DNA of 64,000 bases from Candidatus Magasanikiibacteriota bacterium (GCA_052033375.1 JBPOJQ010000014.1:342-64341); one strand, 5' to 3'; shown: positions 1 to 10,430, counted from the stretch's first letter. The notes: a model not told the origin generated them from the sequence alone. Program-made: numbers and translations.

Positions 1-407
1 AACATATTGTGTATTAAGCGGTCGATTTTCCACTGATTTTCGAAACGCATCGGTTGTATCCCAATGTTTCAATATTTCAAGCTCTTGTTCTTGTGCATTA
101 TATGGCATATAAAAATAGTCAAAAGTCGTAAAGTCCAAAGTCTCAAAGTAAAGATTGGAGACCAAAAAAACAAAAAGCTACCCTATCTGCAGGAGCCAGG
201 CCAGGCCGGGCGGTACCATCCTGCTTCTACGATTGGTAGCACTTATTTGCAGCTATTACGGGCATACCCGAGAGGTTCTACTCCCCTATATTCTAGGGTT
301 TCTTCCTCTGGCGCTTCTCATTTACGAGAATTTCTGTTGATTGCAGAAAAATGCGCTTCTTTTATTGTAGTGTACACTGTACAAGATTATGTGCGAAAAG
401 TCAAAAA

Positions 408-857
408 TTACAGCCCAAAATTCTTCTTCAAAACTGCCTTATAAATACTATCTCGACTAACAACCCCAACGACTTTTCCATTTTCCACTACTGGTAGTCG
501 ATTGACATCATGCGCAAGCATGAGTGCGCCTGCTTTCATAATTGGATCATCTGGAGTGACAGTCAAAATATCTCGTTTCATAAACACCTCCACTTTAGTA
601 TCCCGAATATCACGCGCTTTTGATTCCCGCGCTTCCATATCCGTATAGCTCTCTGGGCTATCATAAAAGCTCTTGTACCACGGGTAGAGTATCCGCACAA
701 TATCTTTTTCTGATACAAATCCTACTACGCGTCCATGTACATCAAGTACCGGAACACCAGTGACCTGATTCGTATACAAAAGACGTGCAACGTGTTCATA
801 GGTAGTATCAGGTGTTACGGATACTACATTGGCGTCCATCAATTCTTTGACTTTCAT
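408..857 (-). CDS. CBS-pair domain protein
   Basis: 149-aa ORF with two tandem CBS-like segments (…VVSVTPDTT… and …ILTVTPDDP…/…NRLPVVENGKVVGVVS…) typical of CBS-pair regulatory proteins. Confidence 0.65.
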   Translation of the reverse strand: MKVKELMDANVVSVTPDTTYEHVARLLYTNQVTGVPVLDVHGRVVGFVSEKDIVRILYPWYKSFYDSPESYTDMEARESKARDIRDTKVEVFMKRDILTVTPDDPIMKAGALMLAHDVNRLPVVENGKVVGVVSRDSIYKAVLKKNFGL

Positions 858-1054
858 ATGGAGGGGGTTAAAAGTAAAGAATACAATGATTGATATATTG
901 AATCGTCACGCAATAAAGGTGCCTACTATTTTTATAGTAGTCCTATATCAAAACAAAGTCAAAATTATTTTCCTTTTGTTGCCTCTTTACCAAATTACAT
1001 AAACATTGCTATACTTTTACATACGATACATCTCACATACGTGAACATATTTGT

Positions 1055-1513
1055 ATGTACTCAGGACCACTCTATATCGCAGGAGATCACGGCGGATACG
1101 CTCTCAAAAAACGTCTTATTCGGTTTGTTGAAAATGAACTTGCTCGCCCTATTACAGATCTAGGACCCGTAGAACATGTAGATCACGATGATTATACTGA
1201 TTATGCATTTCCTCTTGCCACGCAAGTTGCGACAGAACATGCCCGTGGAATTCTCATATGCCGGAATGGTATTGGAGTCTGTATGGCAGCAAATAAAGTT
1301 ACAGGAATACGCGCTGGGATTGGCTACAATATAGCTGCAGCTGAATCTATGATGAAAGATGATAATACAAATGTACTATGTCTAGCAGCCGACCATCTTT
1401 CAGAAGATTTTGCTATGGCAATTGTAAAAAGATGGCTTGAAACCCCTTTTAGTGAAGCCGAACGGCATGTGCGGAGACTGGATAAAATCGAAGAATTTGA
1501 ACAGAGTGTATGA
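1055..1513 (+). CDS. rpiB: ribose-5-phosphate isomerase B (RpiB/LacAB family)
   Basis: 152 aa; N-terminal IAGDHGG motif, size and conserved core typical of the RpiB sugar-phosphate isomerase family; overlaps the start of the downstream rpe (pentose-phosphate pair). Confidence 0.75.
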   Translation: MYSGPLYIAGDHGGYALKKRLIRFVENELARPITDLGPVEHVDHDDYTDYAFPLATQVATEHARGILICRNGIGVCMAANKVTGIRAGIGYNIAAAESMMKDDNTNVLCLAADHLSEDFAMAIVKRWLETPFSEAERHVRRLDKIEEFEQSV

Positions 1514-2157
1514 TTGATATCATCCCTTCGATTCTAGTCAAAACCAAAAGCGAATTTTTATCTCAAATTTCTCTAGTGGATCATGCGGTCACTCACCTCC
1601 AGCTCGATATTGCAGATGGAAATTTTGTTCCGAATACCACGTGGAGTGAGCCGGAAATTATCCGCCATAGTGAAGGATACACATTTGAACTCCATCTCAT
1701 GGTCGAGCATCCGCTCGAAGTTATTGCGGAATGGAGTACTGTAACAAATGTCACCAGATATATCGTCCATTTTGAATCTGAGGACAACATTGAAGAAGTC
1801 ATATCTCATATACAAGCATCTATTGGACTGAAGAGAGAAGTCTTCATTGCACTCAATCCTGAAACACGGCTAAGTGCACTCGAAAGAATTGCCGATCGAA
1901 TTGATGGTGTGTTGTTTATGGGCGTCACTCCTGGGTTTCAAGGACAAACATTAATTCCTGCAGTTCTTGAAAAAATCACTCAGTGTAGAACCATACATCC
2001 TCATTTGTACACTGAGCTAGATGGTGGTGTGCATGAAGATACGCTCGAAGCGATCACTGGAAGTGGTGTTCATGCGATTTGTCCGGGGAGCCTCGTATTC
2101 CACCGGAAAACTAGCCCACGTGAACAAATCTTATTTATCAAAAACCAATTAGCGTAA
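1510..2157 (+). CDS. rpe: ribulose-phosphate 3-epimerase
   Basis: 215 aa; IIPSILVK…HLQLDIADGNFVPN motif characteristic of the RPE TIM-barrel metal-binding site; 4-bp overlap with rpiB. Confidence 0.75.
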   Translation: MIDIIPSILVKTKSEFLSQISLVDHAVTHLQLDIADGNFVPNTTWSEPEIIRHSEGYTFELHLMVEHPLEVIAEWSTVTNVTRYIVHFESEDNIEEVISHIQASIGLKREVFIALNPETRLSALERIADRIDGVLFMGVTPGFQGQTLIPAVLEKITQCRTIHPHLYTELDGGVHEDTLEAITGSGVHAICPGSLVFHRKTSPREQILFIKNQLA

Positions 2158-2167
2158 ACAAATATAT

Positions 2168-3133
2168 ATGTCTCAAAAAAATGAACTTCTTGACCTTGTC
2201 ATTATCGGAGCTGCTGCTGCTGGATGTGCTGCGGCAGTATATGCTGCACGAAGAAATTTGAAATTCGCTGTAGTTACCAAAGATATTGGTGGAGAAGTTG
2301 CTCTTTCGGGAGAAGTGGAAAACTGGCCAGGTATTATTCATACCACTGGTTTTGAACTTGCTCAACAATTTTACAAACACATAGAATCCTATGGTGTTAA
2401 AGCAGATGTAGGATATGCAGTGACTGGAATTGAAAAAGAGGCAAATTATTTTATTGTCAAAACTGAGGATTATTCAAAAAAAGAAATGTTGTACTACACA
2501 AAAACAGTAATCATCGGGAGTGGTATTCACCCACGAGAACTGGGAATTCCTGGAGAAAAGGAATTGCGTGGTAAAGGCGTTACGTATTGCACTGTATGTG
2601 ATGGTCCACTGTACCGAGGAAAAATAACCACAACCATCGGAGCTGGAAATGCTGCCCTCGAATCAGCCCTCATGATGTCTGAACTTGCAACCAAAGTATA
2701 TTGTATTACCAAATTTTCAAATACCACAGAAACCAATGGCGGATTCCCCAAAGGGGAAAATATCTTGATTGATAAAGTAAAAAAAGCCAAGAATGTCGAA
2801 ATCATATACGCCGCAAAAACTACTGAAATCCTGGGTTCTGAGAATGTGACTGGGGTGACCTATACGGATGTTACTGGCAGTACACAAACAATTGAAACCA
2901 ATGGTGTTATGGTGCACATTGGAAATATCCCTAATTCAAGCTTTGCCACGGCTGTTGAACGCACACCTCTCGGAGAAATCAAGGTTGATCTCAAATGCGC
3001 TACATCGATCCCTGGAATTTTTGCTGCAGGAGACGTGACCACGGTTCCCTACAAACAAATTGTCATTGCAGCTGGACAGGGAGTCACAGCCGCACTTTCA
3101 GCGATTGAATATATCAACAAATGGGAAGCATAA
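2168..3133 (+). CDS. trxB: thioredoxin reductase-like FAD/NAD(P)-dependent disulfide oxidoreductase
   Basis: 321 aa; N-terminal FAD fold (DLVIIGAAAAGCAAAVYAA), redox-active CxxC (CTVCDG), second dinucleotide fold (TTIGAGNAALESA), C-terminal FAAGDV motif. Confidence 0.7.
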   Translation: MSQKNELLDLVIIGAAAAGCAAAVYAARRNLKFAVVTKDIGGEVALSGEVENWPGIIHTTGFELAQQFYKHIESYGVKADVGYAVTGIEKEANYFIVKTEDYSKKEMLYYTKTVIIGSGIHPRELGIPGEKELRGKGVTYCTVCDGPLYRGKITTTIGAGNAALESALMMSELATKVYCITKFSNTTETNGGFPKGENILIDKVKKAKNVEIIYAAKTTEILGSENVTGVTYTDVTGSTQTIETNGVMVHIGNIPNSSFATAVERTPLGEIKVDLKCATSIPGIFAAGDVTTVPYKQIVIAAGQGVTAALSAIEYINKWEA

Positions 3134-3305
3134 GAAAATTATTCTAATTGCATTAGTAGACCGGCACACACAGAGACTACGAATATTTTTTATACCAATG
3201 TAGCGTAATTAGAAATTAGAATAATTTACAGTTTGTTATTTACTCTCATTTTGTTATACTTATACTCATATTACAGCTTTGTGCTTTTACTTTTGAGCTT
3301 TAAGT

Positions 3306-3623
3306 TTGAAATTTATGTTCCTCGAATCAGTATTTCCTGTACTTCCATCTTCGATAACAGAAATCCTCGTATATGTTTCGGCTTTTTTAGGTATCCTGCT
3401 TTTGTCCTATGGAGTCTTTCTCGAGGCTGAAAGAAGACAAGACTTGGTATTTTTTCTCGGTGCCTCATGTCTTCTTGTCTATGCGATCTATATCTCCAAT
3501 GTGATTTTTGTAATCGCAATGGGGGCATTTGCACTCAACTCAATGATAGAATTTATTGAGATACTCGTCGGTCTCCACACACACGACCCTGTACAGTTGG
3601 AGCGTATAAAAAAACTACGTTAA
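3306..3623 (+). CDS. hypothetical small membrane protein
   Basis: 105-aa ORF with three hydrophobic helices; no recognisable family; sits in the AT-rich spacer before the kinase gene. Confidence 0.3.
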   Translation: MKFMFLESVFPVLPSSITEILVYVSAFLGILLLSYGVFLEAERRQDLVFFLGASCLLVYAIYISNVIFVIAMGAFALNSMIEFIEILVGLHTHDPVQLERIKKLR

Positions 3624-3628
3624 ACGAT

Positions 3629-4600
3629 ATGTACGATCTAGTTACCATTGGCGATTCCACCATCGACATGTTCCTTCTCATTAATGAAGCCACCCTTAAT
3701 TGCGATGTTAAAACCAATGAATGCAAGCTCTGTTTTACCTATGCAGAAAAAATTCCGATCGATGGAGCCATCCAATCGATTGGCGGGAACGCTGCGAATG
3801 TGGCTGCTGGAGGCGCAAAATTGGGCCTACGCACAGCGATTATGACCGAGGTGGGAGATGATATCAATGGACTCCTTATTGCAGAGGATTTAAAGCAAAT
3901 CGGAGTAGATACAAGCCATATACATACTCGCAAAGGCACGGAAACACGTTATTCAGTCGTACTGAATTACAAAAGTGAGCGGACTATTCTCTCATATCAC
4001 ACTCCACACACATACCAGAGACCACACATACCAGAGACCACAGCTCTCTACTATACTTCTCTTGGAAAAACATTTGAGCGGATTCAAAATAGTGTTCTCG
4101 CGTACAAAAAGAAACACCCACACACGCTCCTTGCGTGCAACCCAGGATCATACCAACTAGGAGAAGGATTGCGACAGATACGCAACATAATACCTTTTGT
4201 CGATATTCTCTTTGTAAACAAACAGGAAGCCGAAAAAATAACGGACACTCATGCAGATATCCAGAAACTCACAGACCAGCTCCATGCAATGGGTGTACGA
4301 ATTGTGGCAATTACTGACGGGTCGCAGGGATCATACGTTTCAGACGGATCGGCGCGCTATCACATGCCTCGATATCCTGTAAAAACGATATCACGGACAG
4401 GCGCAGGAGATGCATATGCCACTGGTTTCATCGCTGCACGTCTCATGGGATGCACCATTCCCGAGGCAATGCGTTGGGGCAGTGCAAATGCTGCAAGCGT
4501 AGTCGGTCAATTTGGCGGACAAACAGGCCTCCTTTCCAAAAAACAAATCAATTCTCTTCTGAAAAAACACAGCTCAATTAAGCCAAAACTTCTTGTTTAA
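3629..4600 (+). CDS. PfkB-family carbohydrate kinase (ribokinase-like)
   Basis: 323 aa; N-terminal GG motif region (SIGGNAANVAAGGAKLG) and C-terminal TGAGDAYATGF anion-hole motif of the PfkB/ribokinase family; contains a perfect 16-bp tandem duplication at 4007-4038. Confidence 0.75.
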   Translation: MYDLVTIGDSTIDMFLLINEATLNCDVKTNECKLCFTYAEKIPIDGAIQSIGGNAANVAAGGAKLGLRTAIMTEVGDDINGLLIAEDLKQIGVDTSHIHTRKGTETRYSVVLNYKSERTILSYHTPHTYQRPHIPETTALYYTSLGKTFERIQNSVLAYKKKHPHTLLACNPGSYQLGEGLRQIRNIIPFVDILFVNKQEAEKITDTHADIQKLTDQLHAMGVRIVAITDGSQGSYVSDGSARYHMPRYPVKTISRTGAGDAYATGFIAARLMGCTIPEAMRWGSANAASVVGQFGGQTGLLSKKQINSLLKKHSSIKPKLLV

Positions 4601-4656
4601 GACTTGACAAAGAAACTGTTTTGTGATACAAAGTAGCGAATATTTTTGATCCATAA

Positions 4657-5967
4657 GTGTTGCCGCCTATGTCTTCGAAACATAAGCAGAACATCATACT
4701 CTACGTAGGAAAGATCCAGCCATACATGATCACCTCTCTCCGTGCGTACGAAAAAGAAAGTAAGCGTAAATTTCGCATTGCGCTTTTGTATGATGCAAAA
4801 GAAAAACGCCACGCACCAACTGATGACTTATTGAAAAGTATAGATATCGCACTCACCTGTGACACATTCTCGGAGCGAGCAATACAGGAAATACTGTTAC
4901 CTTACGAAGATCAGTTGCTCGCTATCTCATGTCGCGGAGAAGACTATATGGAAATGTTTGCTCGGGTTATCCCATTTGTACCATATTTGCGTACCCCCAC
5001 CACCGAATCACTCCGCTGGGCTTCTGATAAACTCAGTATGCGGAGACGACTCTACACCTATAACAAAAAAATCGCACCTGAATATACTGTTGTGAGCGAT
5101 ACAACTAAAGCTTCACTCGAACGAATCGAACAAAAGGTTGGATTCCCTCTGGTTGTAAAACCAACAGGTCTTGCTGCTAGCAGACTCGTAACCATTTGTT
5201 TTCACAAAGAGGAACTTGAAACGAATCTTAAAAAGGTATTTAAAAAAATCAATTCCGTGTACGAAGAAACTGGGGGTAATTGGAAACCTCAGGTATTGGT
5301 AGAGAGATTCATGGATGGTGATATGTATTCAATTGATGCATATGTTTCAGGTAGAGGAAAAGTCTATTTTGTTCCCATGGTGCATGTAAAAACTGGTCGA
5401 TCAATCGGATTTGATGACTTTTTTGGATATCAACAGATGACCCCAACAGGTCTCAATAAAGAAAGTACTGCTGCCGCTCGCGATGTCGCACGCCAGGCAA
5501 TCAAAGCTCTTGCACTTCGTAGCACTACTGCACATATCGAACTCATGAAGACTGAGAGTGGGTGGAAAATTATCGAACTTGCAGCTAGAGTAGGCGGATA
5601 TCGACAACAAATGTATGAATATTCTTACGGTATCAACCATACGGCCAACGATATTCTCATCCGAATACCAGAACAGGTCCATATCAAAAGAAAAATTAAA
5701 GGACATACGGTATACATGAAATTTTTTGCAAAAAAAGAAGGATATCTCAGCAAGCTTATCGGAATCAAACGTGCACAAGAGCTCAAATCTTTCAAAGAAA
5801 TCATTGTAAACAAAAAAATTGGTGATTTATGCACCTATGCCAAGCATGGTGGAACGAGTGTGTTTAATATTCTCCTCTTTAATCCAGAAAAATCAGAACT
5901 TCTTGCAGATATTAGACGTTTGGAACAAATGGTCGAGATCGAAACAGAAACAAAAAAACCAGAGTAA
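4657..5967 (+). CDS. ATP-grasp domain protein (carboxylate-amine ligase-like)
   Basis: 436 aa; …GFPLVVKPTGLAASRLV…, …VLVERFMDGDMYSIDAYV…, …HIELMKTESGWKIIELAARVGG… match ATP-grasp A/B/C subdomain signatures. Confidence 0.55.
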   Translation: MLPPMSSKHKQNIILYVGKIQPYMITSLRAYEKESKRKFRIALLYDAKEKRHAPTDDLLKSIDIALTCDTFSERAIQEILLPYEDQLLAISCRGEDYMEMFARVIPFVPYLRTPTTESLRWASDKLSMRRRLYTYNKKIAPEYTVVSDTTKASLERIEQKVGFPLVVKPTGLAASRLVTICFHKEELETNLKKVFKKINSVYEETGGNWKPQVLVERFMDGDMYSIDAYVSGRGKVYFVPMVHVKTGRSIGFDDFFGYQQMTPTGLNKESTAAARDVARQAIKALALRSTTAHIELMKTESGWKIIELAARVGGYRQQMYEYSYGINHTANDILIRIPEQVHIKRKIKGHTVYMKFFAKKEGYLSKLIGIKRAQELKSFKEIIVNKKIGDLCTYAKHGGTSVFNILLFNPEKSELLADIRRLEQMVEIETETKKPE

Positions 5968-5992
5968 TCCTCTGGTTTTTGATTTTTTACCC

Positions 5993-7399
5993 TTATTTCT
6001 GTTCTAGATTTTCCAGATCTTTATCACCAATTCCCAGCTGACTCATAATCCATAGATGCCTCTCATTTGATGGATCATATTTTCCAATACTAAACCTGTC
6101 CATCTCAGCGGGATTTTGTTTTACCACATTCCACACTGCCATATTTCCTTCGTGATATACAAGATCTTTGGTATAGCATGTGCCTGGAGTTTTTCCATCA
6201 GTTCCTCTAAATGTCCGCATAGTTCTGCTCCACGCTTTTGTCTGCGCCTCTTTCTTTGCATCCGTCACTGTTCTACCTTTAGACAACACTTCGTCGAGTG
6301 TATGGTATTTCTCAAGCACAGAATACACCCCTCTAAAGTTGCGCTTCTCTCCATCAAGTCCGTATGCAAGACCAATGCCTAAATATCCTTCGAGTCCTAT
6401 AAATCCGTCTATTTTCCCCATGATACTCTGTTCTCTGAGTGTTGCTACTCCCTCTTCACCTTTTAAATATCGATCTAGGCCCAATCCTAGTAATTTCAGG
6501 TGCGTCCGTTCTCCATTTTTTCTGCGAGCAATATGTGTACCGACTTCATGCGCTACCAAACCTTCGAGTGCTTTTTTTACCACTGAGTAGTTTACAGGTA
6601 TTTCTACTTTTTTATTTTCTTGACTCACATGTACGCTTGTCCGACTTCCTTCTACTCGTTCCACAGACCAATCATCTGCTTGTAATTTTTGCAAAGCTTC
6701 ACCAAATAATGTAGCTATCTCTTCTGATTCTATTTTTTTATCTGAAACATCATCAATCGAAAGAGTAACGAGATCATGCACTTCTTTAAGCGTTGCTTCT
6801 TTTGCGGCAGTAATACTCTCAGTATCAGGAAGCTCAAAACTCGCCGGTGTTATATGACCAAAGATTGAATCAAGCTCTCCTGCCAGGACGCGGACTTCGT
6901 CTTGTTCATGTGTTTTTGCTCGCTCTATTTTTTTCTGCACCAGACCAACAATATAATTAAATATTTCTATATTCGGTTTTCCATTTACAAATTCATTATA
7001 TCGTTTGAATAGTCGCGCATCCCCTTTTTCAGCCATCTGTAACATGCGTATTTCTACCAATTTTTCATTTATTTTCCATCGATATACCTGCTTTACCACT
7101 TCATTTTCTTCGAGATTAATGATTTCATTTTTCAGCTCAAGCAAGCTTTTCTCTCGTGCAACAAGCTCTTCTTGATCGAGTTTGGGATATTCAAGTACGG
7201 GGTCTTGTATCTCTCCAGAAATAAATTTCTTTTTTTGTTCTTCAAAGCGAGCAAAGGCCTCAGGGTATTCTTCTTTTTTAATCTCAAAAGAAGTATATCC
7301 TTCGAAAGATCCTATTTTTTCAAATCTGTCGTACCAATTAGCGTCCAAAATTTCCCTCTGTGCTTCTGGGGGCACGTACCCTCTTCCTAATTCTCCCAT
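5993..7399 (-). CDS. putative zinc metallopeptidase (HExxH motif) of unknown family
   Basis: 468 aa; VAHEVGTHIARR (HExxH) with a downstream Glu-rich segment (EEGVATLREQ); N-terminal coiled-coil-like region; no confident family assignment. Confidence 0.45.
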   Translation of the reverse strand: MGELGRGYVPPEAQREILDANWYDRFEKIGSFEGYTSFEIKKEEYPEAFARFEEQKKKFISGEIQDPVLEYPKLDQEELVAREKSLLELKNEIINLEENEVVKQVYRWKINEKLVEIRMLQMAEKGDARLFKRYNEFVNGKPNIEIFNYIVGLVQKKIERAKTHEQDEVRVLAGELDSIFGHITPASFELPDTESITAAKEATLKEVHDLVTLSIDDVSDKKIESEEIATLFGEALQKLQADDWSVERVEGSRTSVHVSQENKKVEIPVNYSVVKKALEGLVAHEVGTHIARRKNGERTHLKLLGLGLDRYLKGEEGVATLREQSIMGKIDGFIGLEGYLGIGLAYGLDGEKRNFRGVYSVLEKYHTLDEVLSKGRTVTDAKKEAQTKAWSRTMRTFRGTDGKTPGTCYTKDLVYHEGNMAVWNVVKQNPAEMDRFSIGKYDPSNERHLWIMSQLGIGDKDLENLEQK

Positions 7400-7434
7400 A
7401 TGTGTTGGTTAATTATTTTTGTTTAACATGAACC

Positions 7435-8187
7435 TTATATTCCCCATCGAACTTTCCTCTCTTCTCTTTTCCCCTCATAATATGCTGGCATCTGACGTAT
7501 CTCTCCTATCTCTATCCGTGGACCGAGCATTGCAATACTATGTTCAATTCCTGTGATTTTACTCTTGATATCCTGTGCCAAATCACGATGATCTTCACTC
7601 TGATTTTCAGCAAGATCATGAAGTGATCTTAGTACCTCATTCACTTCTTCAATCATTTTACCGTAGTATTCAATCTTTTCTTCATATGTTTTTCGGTCGT
7701 GAGTCAGTACAGCCTGCATAGCATAGCGACGAATATCATGCTTTAGATCTACCAACAATTCACCCAGCTCCTGCTTTTCAGCATGATCGAAATGTTCCGG
7801 CAGTGCCCCGCGGCATACTGGTCCAAAGCCTCCACCCAGTTCACACACCAGCATGTATTTTTTTCGTAAACTGGGAGAAGCTTTTTGTATGAAAAATTTA
7901 TCCCCCATTATTTTTTCATGATGTTCGACCATTTCTTCGAATGCCCTCATATAGGGCCACAACTTCATCCCATGTTCTACCATTGATTGTTCCACTTCGG
8001 AAAGAGAAATATCTTCCGTTCTATATAGACGATCAATCTCTACTTCCAGATTTTGTTTCAGATTTTGAGGAACTAATGGAGGAAGACGATGAAGAATTGT
8101 TTCGTAAATGGTAAGCGTATGTTGAATGATGGGTTGCATAGTGGTGATAGTATAGCATATCAAAACGACGCACGACACACACAGCAC
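7435..8187 (-). CDS. hypothetical protein
   Basis: 250-aa ORF (true start may be the internal MQPIIQHTL…); helical, charged; no recognisable motif. Confidence 0.4.
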   Translation of the reverse strand: MLCVSCVVLICYTITTMQPIIQHTLTIYETILHRLPPLVPQNLKQNLEVEIDRLYRTEDISLSEVEQSMVEHGMKLWPYMRAFEEMVEHHEKIMGDKFFIQKASPSLRKKYMLVCELGGGFGPVCRGALPEHFDHAEKQELGELLVDLKHDIRRYAMQAVLTHDRKTYEEKIEYYGKMIEEVNEVLRSLHDLAENQSEDHRDLAQDIKSKITGIEHSIAMLGPRIEIGEIRQMPAYYEGKREERKVRWGI

Positions 8188-8238
8188 AACAAGATACTTA
8201 TTGGTCGTGTTCCCATGAGTCGCGTATTGTTTTCTCCT

Positions 8239-8973
8239 TTAGAAGGATAAGTTATCTCTCCACCGTATATATAACTCTTTCGTTGCATGCAGATCTCCCG
8301 CGCAGTATTCTGCAATCTCCTTGCATTTTCCTGATTGAAACATGGGCAATACTTCATGCCCGTTCACCCCATTTGATTTAGGTGACTTGATTCCAAATGC
8401 TTTACAATAGAAATCAAGATTAAACTTACGATAGGCGTTGTAGAAGGTCAATTGCTCGAGTAAATCTACATGCGCATCAGTGCTATATCGATAGGGTGCT
8501 AAATTTTTGGTAGGTTTTACTCCAAGCATTGCTGATCGGAGCATGAGCACCGGACAATCAAACCCCCGCCCATTAAACGTTACAAATTTGTGAGAAAACG
8601 AAATGGCTTTCCAGAATTTTTCTAAAATTTCTTTTTCAGTCCCACACTCATATTTGATACCCTCTTTTTCGTATGGGTCAACCGTCTCTCCTGAGGTTTG
8701 AAAATATACAGCACCTTTCCCACTCTCAACTGAGAGCATACCAATCGCAACGATTCTGTTGGTTGGAGCCCAAAGTGCCATTTGTTGTTTTATCTTCTCT
8801 TCATCTTCTCCGTTTTCTGCAAACTTAAGCAAATAACTTTTTTGATCTTCATCCAATGTGTCGAAAGACACGGGAATAGTTTCGATATCGAATACTACTG
8901 TATTCATACATGTATTTATTACCCCACTTAATAACATACTTAACACTATACGACACCTGTTGATTTTTAGCAA
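8239..8973 (-). CDS. predicted 3'-5' exonuclease, PolB-exonuclease-like (RNase H-like fold)
   Basis: NTVVFDIETIP… (DEDD Exo I-type motif) followed by FNGRGFDCPVL and YCAGDLHATKELY resembling the PolB-like exonuclease domain family; start may be internal ATG at 8907. Confidence 0.6.
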   Translation of the reverse strand: MLKINRCRIVLSMLLSGVINTCMNTVVFDIETIPVSFDTLDEDQKSYLLKFAENGEDEEKIKQQMALWAPTNRIVAIGMLSVESGKGAVYFQTSGETVDPYEKEGIKYECGTEKEILEKFWKAISFSHKFVTFNGRGFDCPVLMLRSAMLGVKPTKNLAPYRYSTDAHVDLLEQLTFYNAYRKFNLDFYCKAFGIKSPKSNGVNGHEVLPMFQSGKCKEIAEYCAGDLHATKELYIRWRDNLSF

Positions 8974-9037
8974 AAATGTGTTAGGATATACTGATATATC
9001 CTACATTGATCTGTTCTAACTACCCTAGACAATCTCT

Positions 9038-9949
9038 ATGAAAAAAATTGCTGTTTTTTTTAAATTTCCTGGGGCAATGGATTATCCCTTATCCAAACCA
9101 ACATATTGGGCTTCATACTCCGAACTATCAGAGGCTATTAGCAATGCTGGTGGACAGCTCTATATCGTAAGAGGTCAGGACACATATCAAGGGCGCGGCT
9201 CTTTCTCAAATTCATGGATTATCAAAAATGATTCTCTTGTAGAAGCTGGGCCGATTGTTGCTGACGTTATTTACAATAAAGACAAGGGGCAGTTTAAAAA
9301 TGACCCCACACCAATCTTTAACTGCGAAAAAATAAAACAGATATGTGACGACAAATGGATCATGTATCAAACTTTTCCTGATTATTGTCCAAAAACTTTT
9401 TTTGTTACGACCGAGGAAGAGCTCCACTCTATACTACCTAATGTTTCTACTTCAAAAGTGGTATTTAAGCCGTATACGGGTGGTGAGGGAAAGGGTATCC
9501 ATATCGAAGAGAAGAATTATTTCTTAACTCTTCCTGAATTACTTGATTTTCCAGCAGTGGTATCGGAATTTTTAGATACCTCGTGTGGAATACCTGGAAT
9601 TGTCGATGGTTTGCATGACTTGCGCGTAGCTATTTTTGACGGAGAAATCCTCTACTCCTATGTAAGAACCCCTCCCAAAGACAGTTTTCTTGCAAATGTC
9701 TCCAAAGGGGGACGATTTGAGATGGTCGACACTAAACGATTGCCAGAAGAAGTGGCTGAAATGACTCATACAATCGACTCGACGCTATCTGACTGCGGTC
9801 ATCGCTTTTATGGGATCGATTTTGGTTACACGATGGATGGGCCAAAAATTATTGAAATGAATTCTGAGCTTGGACTCCTGCCAAATGAAGACCATCCTGT
9901 CTTTATTACCCTCAAAAACAAGCTGGCGCGAGTTTTTATGGATTTATAG
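9038..9949 (+). CDS. ATP-grasp domain protein (RimK/glutathione-synthetase-like)
   Basis: 303 aa; …KVVFKPYTGGEGKGIHI… and …GIDFGYTMDGPKIIEMNSELG… typical ATP-grasp nucleotide-binding segments. Confidence 0.55.
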   Translation: MKKIAVFFKFPGAMDYPLSKPTYWASYSELSEAISNAGGQLYIVRGQDTYQGRGSFSNSWIIKNDSLVEAGPIVADVIYNKDKGQFKNDPTPIFNCEKIKQICDDKWIMYQTFPDYCPKTFFVTTEEELHSILPNVSTSKVVFKPYTGGEGKGIHIEEKNYFLTLPELLDFPAVVSEFLDTSCGIPGIVDGLHDLRVAIFDGEILYSYVRTPPKDSFLANVSKGGRFEMVDTKRLPEEVAEMTHTIDSTLSDCGHRFYGIDFGYTMDGPKIIEMNSELGLLPNEDHPVFITLKNKLARVFMDL

Positions 9950-10430
9950 AAGAAGAATACCCATAAAACTCCTGTCCCACGTGGTACATCCCAATCCCCG
10001 CAGCTACAGACACATTCAAACTCTCTTTCATCCCACGCATAGGAATATGCACAATAATATCGCTCTTTTGAAGACTTTTCGTATCAATACCATCAACTTC
10101 ATTTCCTACAATAAGTGCTATTTTTGTTCCTAACATTTTCTTAGTCAGGGTCCCTAGATCAACACTCTTTTTTGTTTTTTCCAAAGCAACAATCGTATAC
10201 CCTTCTTTTTTCAAACTAGTAAGTAATCGTGCGAGACTCTTCTTGTGTTCCCAGGGCACTGTTTTTTCAGCTCCCAGTGCCACCTTATCTATTTCAGGTC
10301 TGGGAGGTACCGGTGTATACCCTACGAGATAAATGTTATTAAATCCACATGCATCAGCTGTGCGAAACATAGCCCCTACATTGTGGCACGAGCGAATATT
10401 AGGGAGTATGAGAGAAAGTTCTGGTTTCAT
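9936..10430 (-). CDS. SpoU/TrmH-family RNA 2'-O-methyltransferase
   Basis: 164 aa; SPOUT-class motifs (…NVGAMFRTADACG…, …IVGNEVDGI…, …IPMRGMKESLNVSVAAGIGMY…). Confidence 0.75.
   Translation of the reverse strand: MKPELSLILPNIRSCHNVGAMFRTADACGFNNIYLVGYTPVPPRPEIDKVALGAEKTVPWEHKKSLARLLTSLKKEGYTIVALEKTKKSVDLGTLTKKMLGTKIALIVGNEVDGIDTKSLQKSDIIVHIPMRGMKESLNVSVAAGIGMYHVGQEFYGYSSSINP

Noticed and set aside
1573-1815. Small ORFs antisense to or nested in confident genes (e.g. 1573-1815, 2527-2805, 14153-14548, 25412-25690, 53970-54593)
   Set aside because: They lie fully inside well-supported genes on the opposite strand, have no RBS and give low-complexity translations. Treated as spurious.
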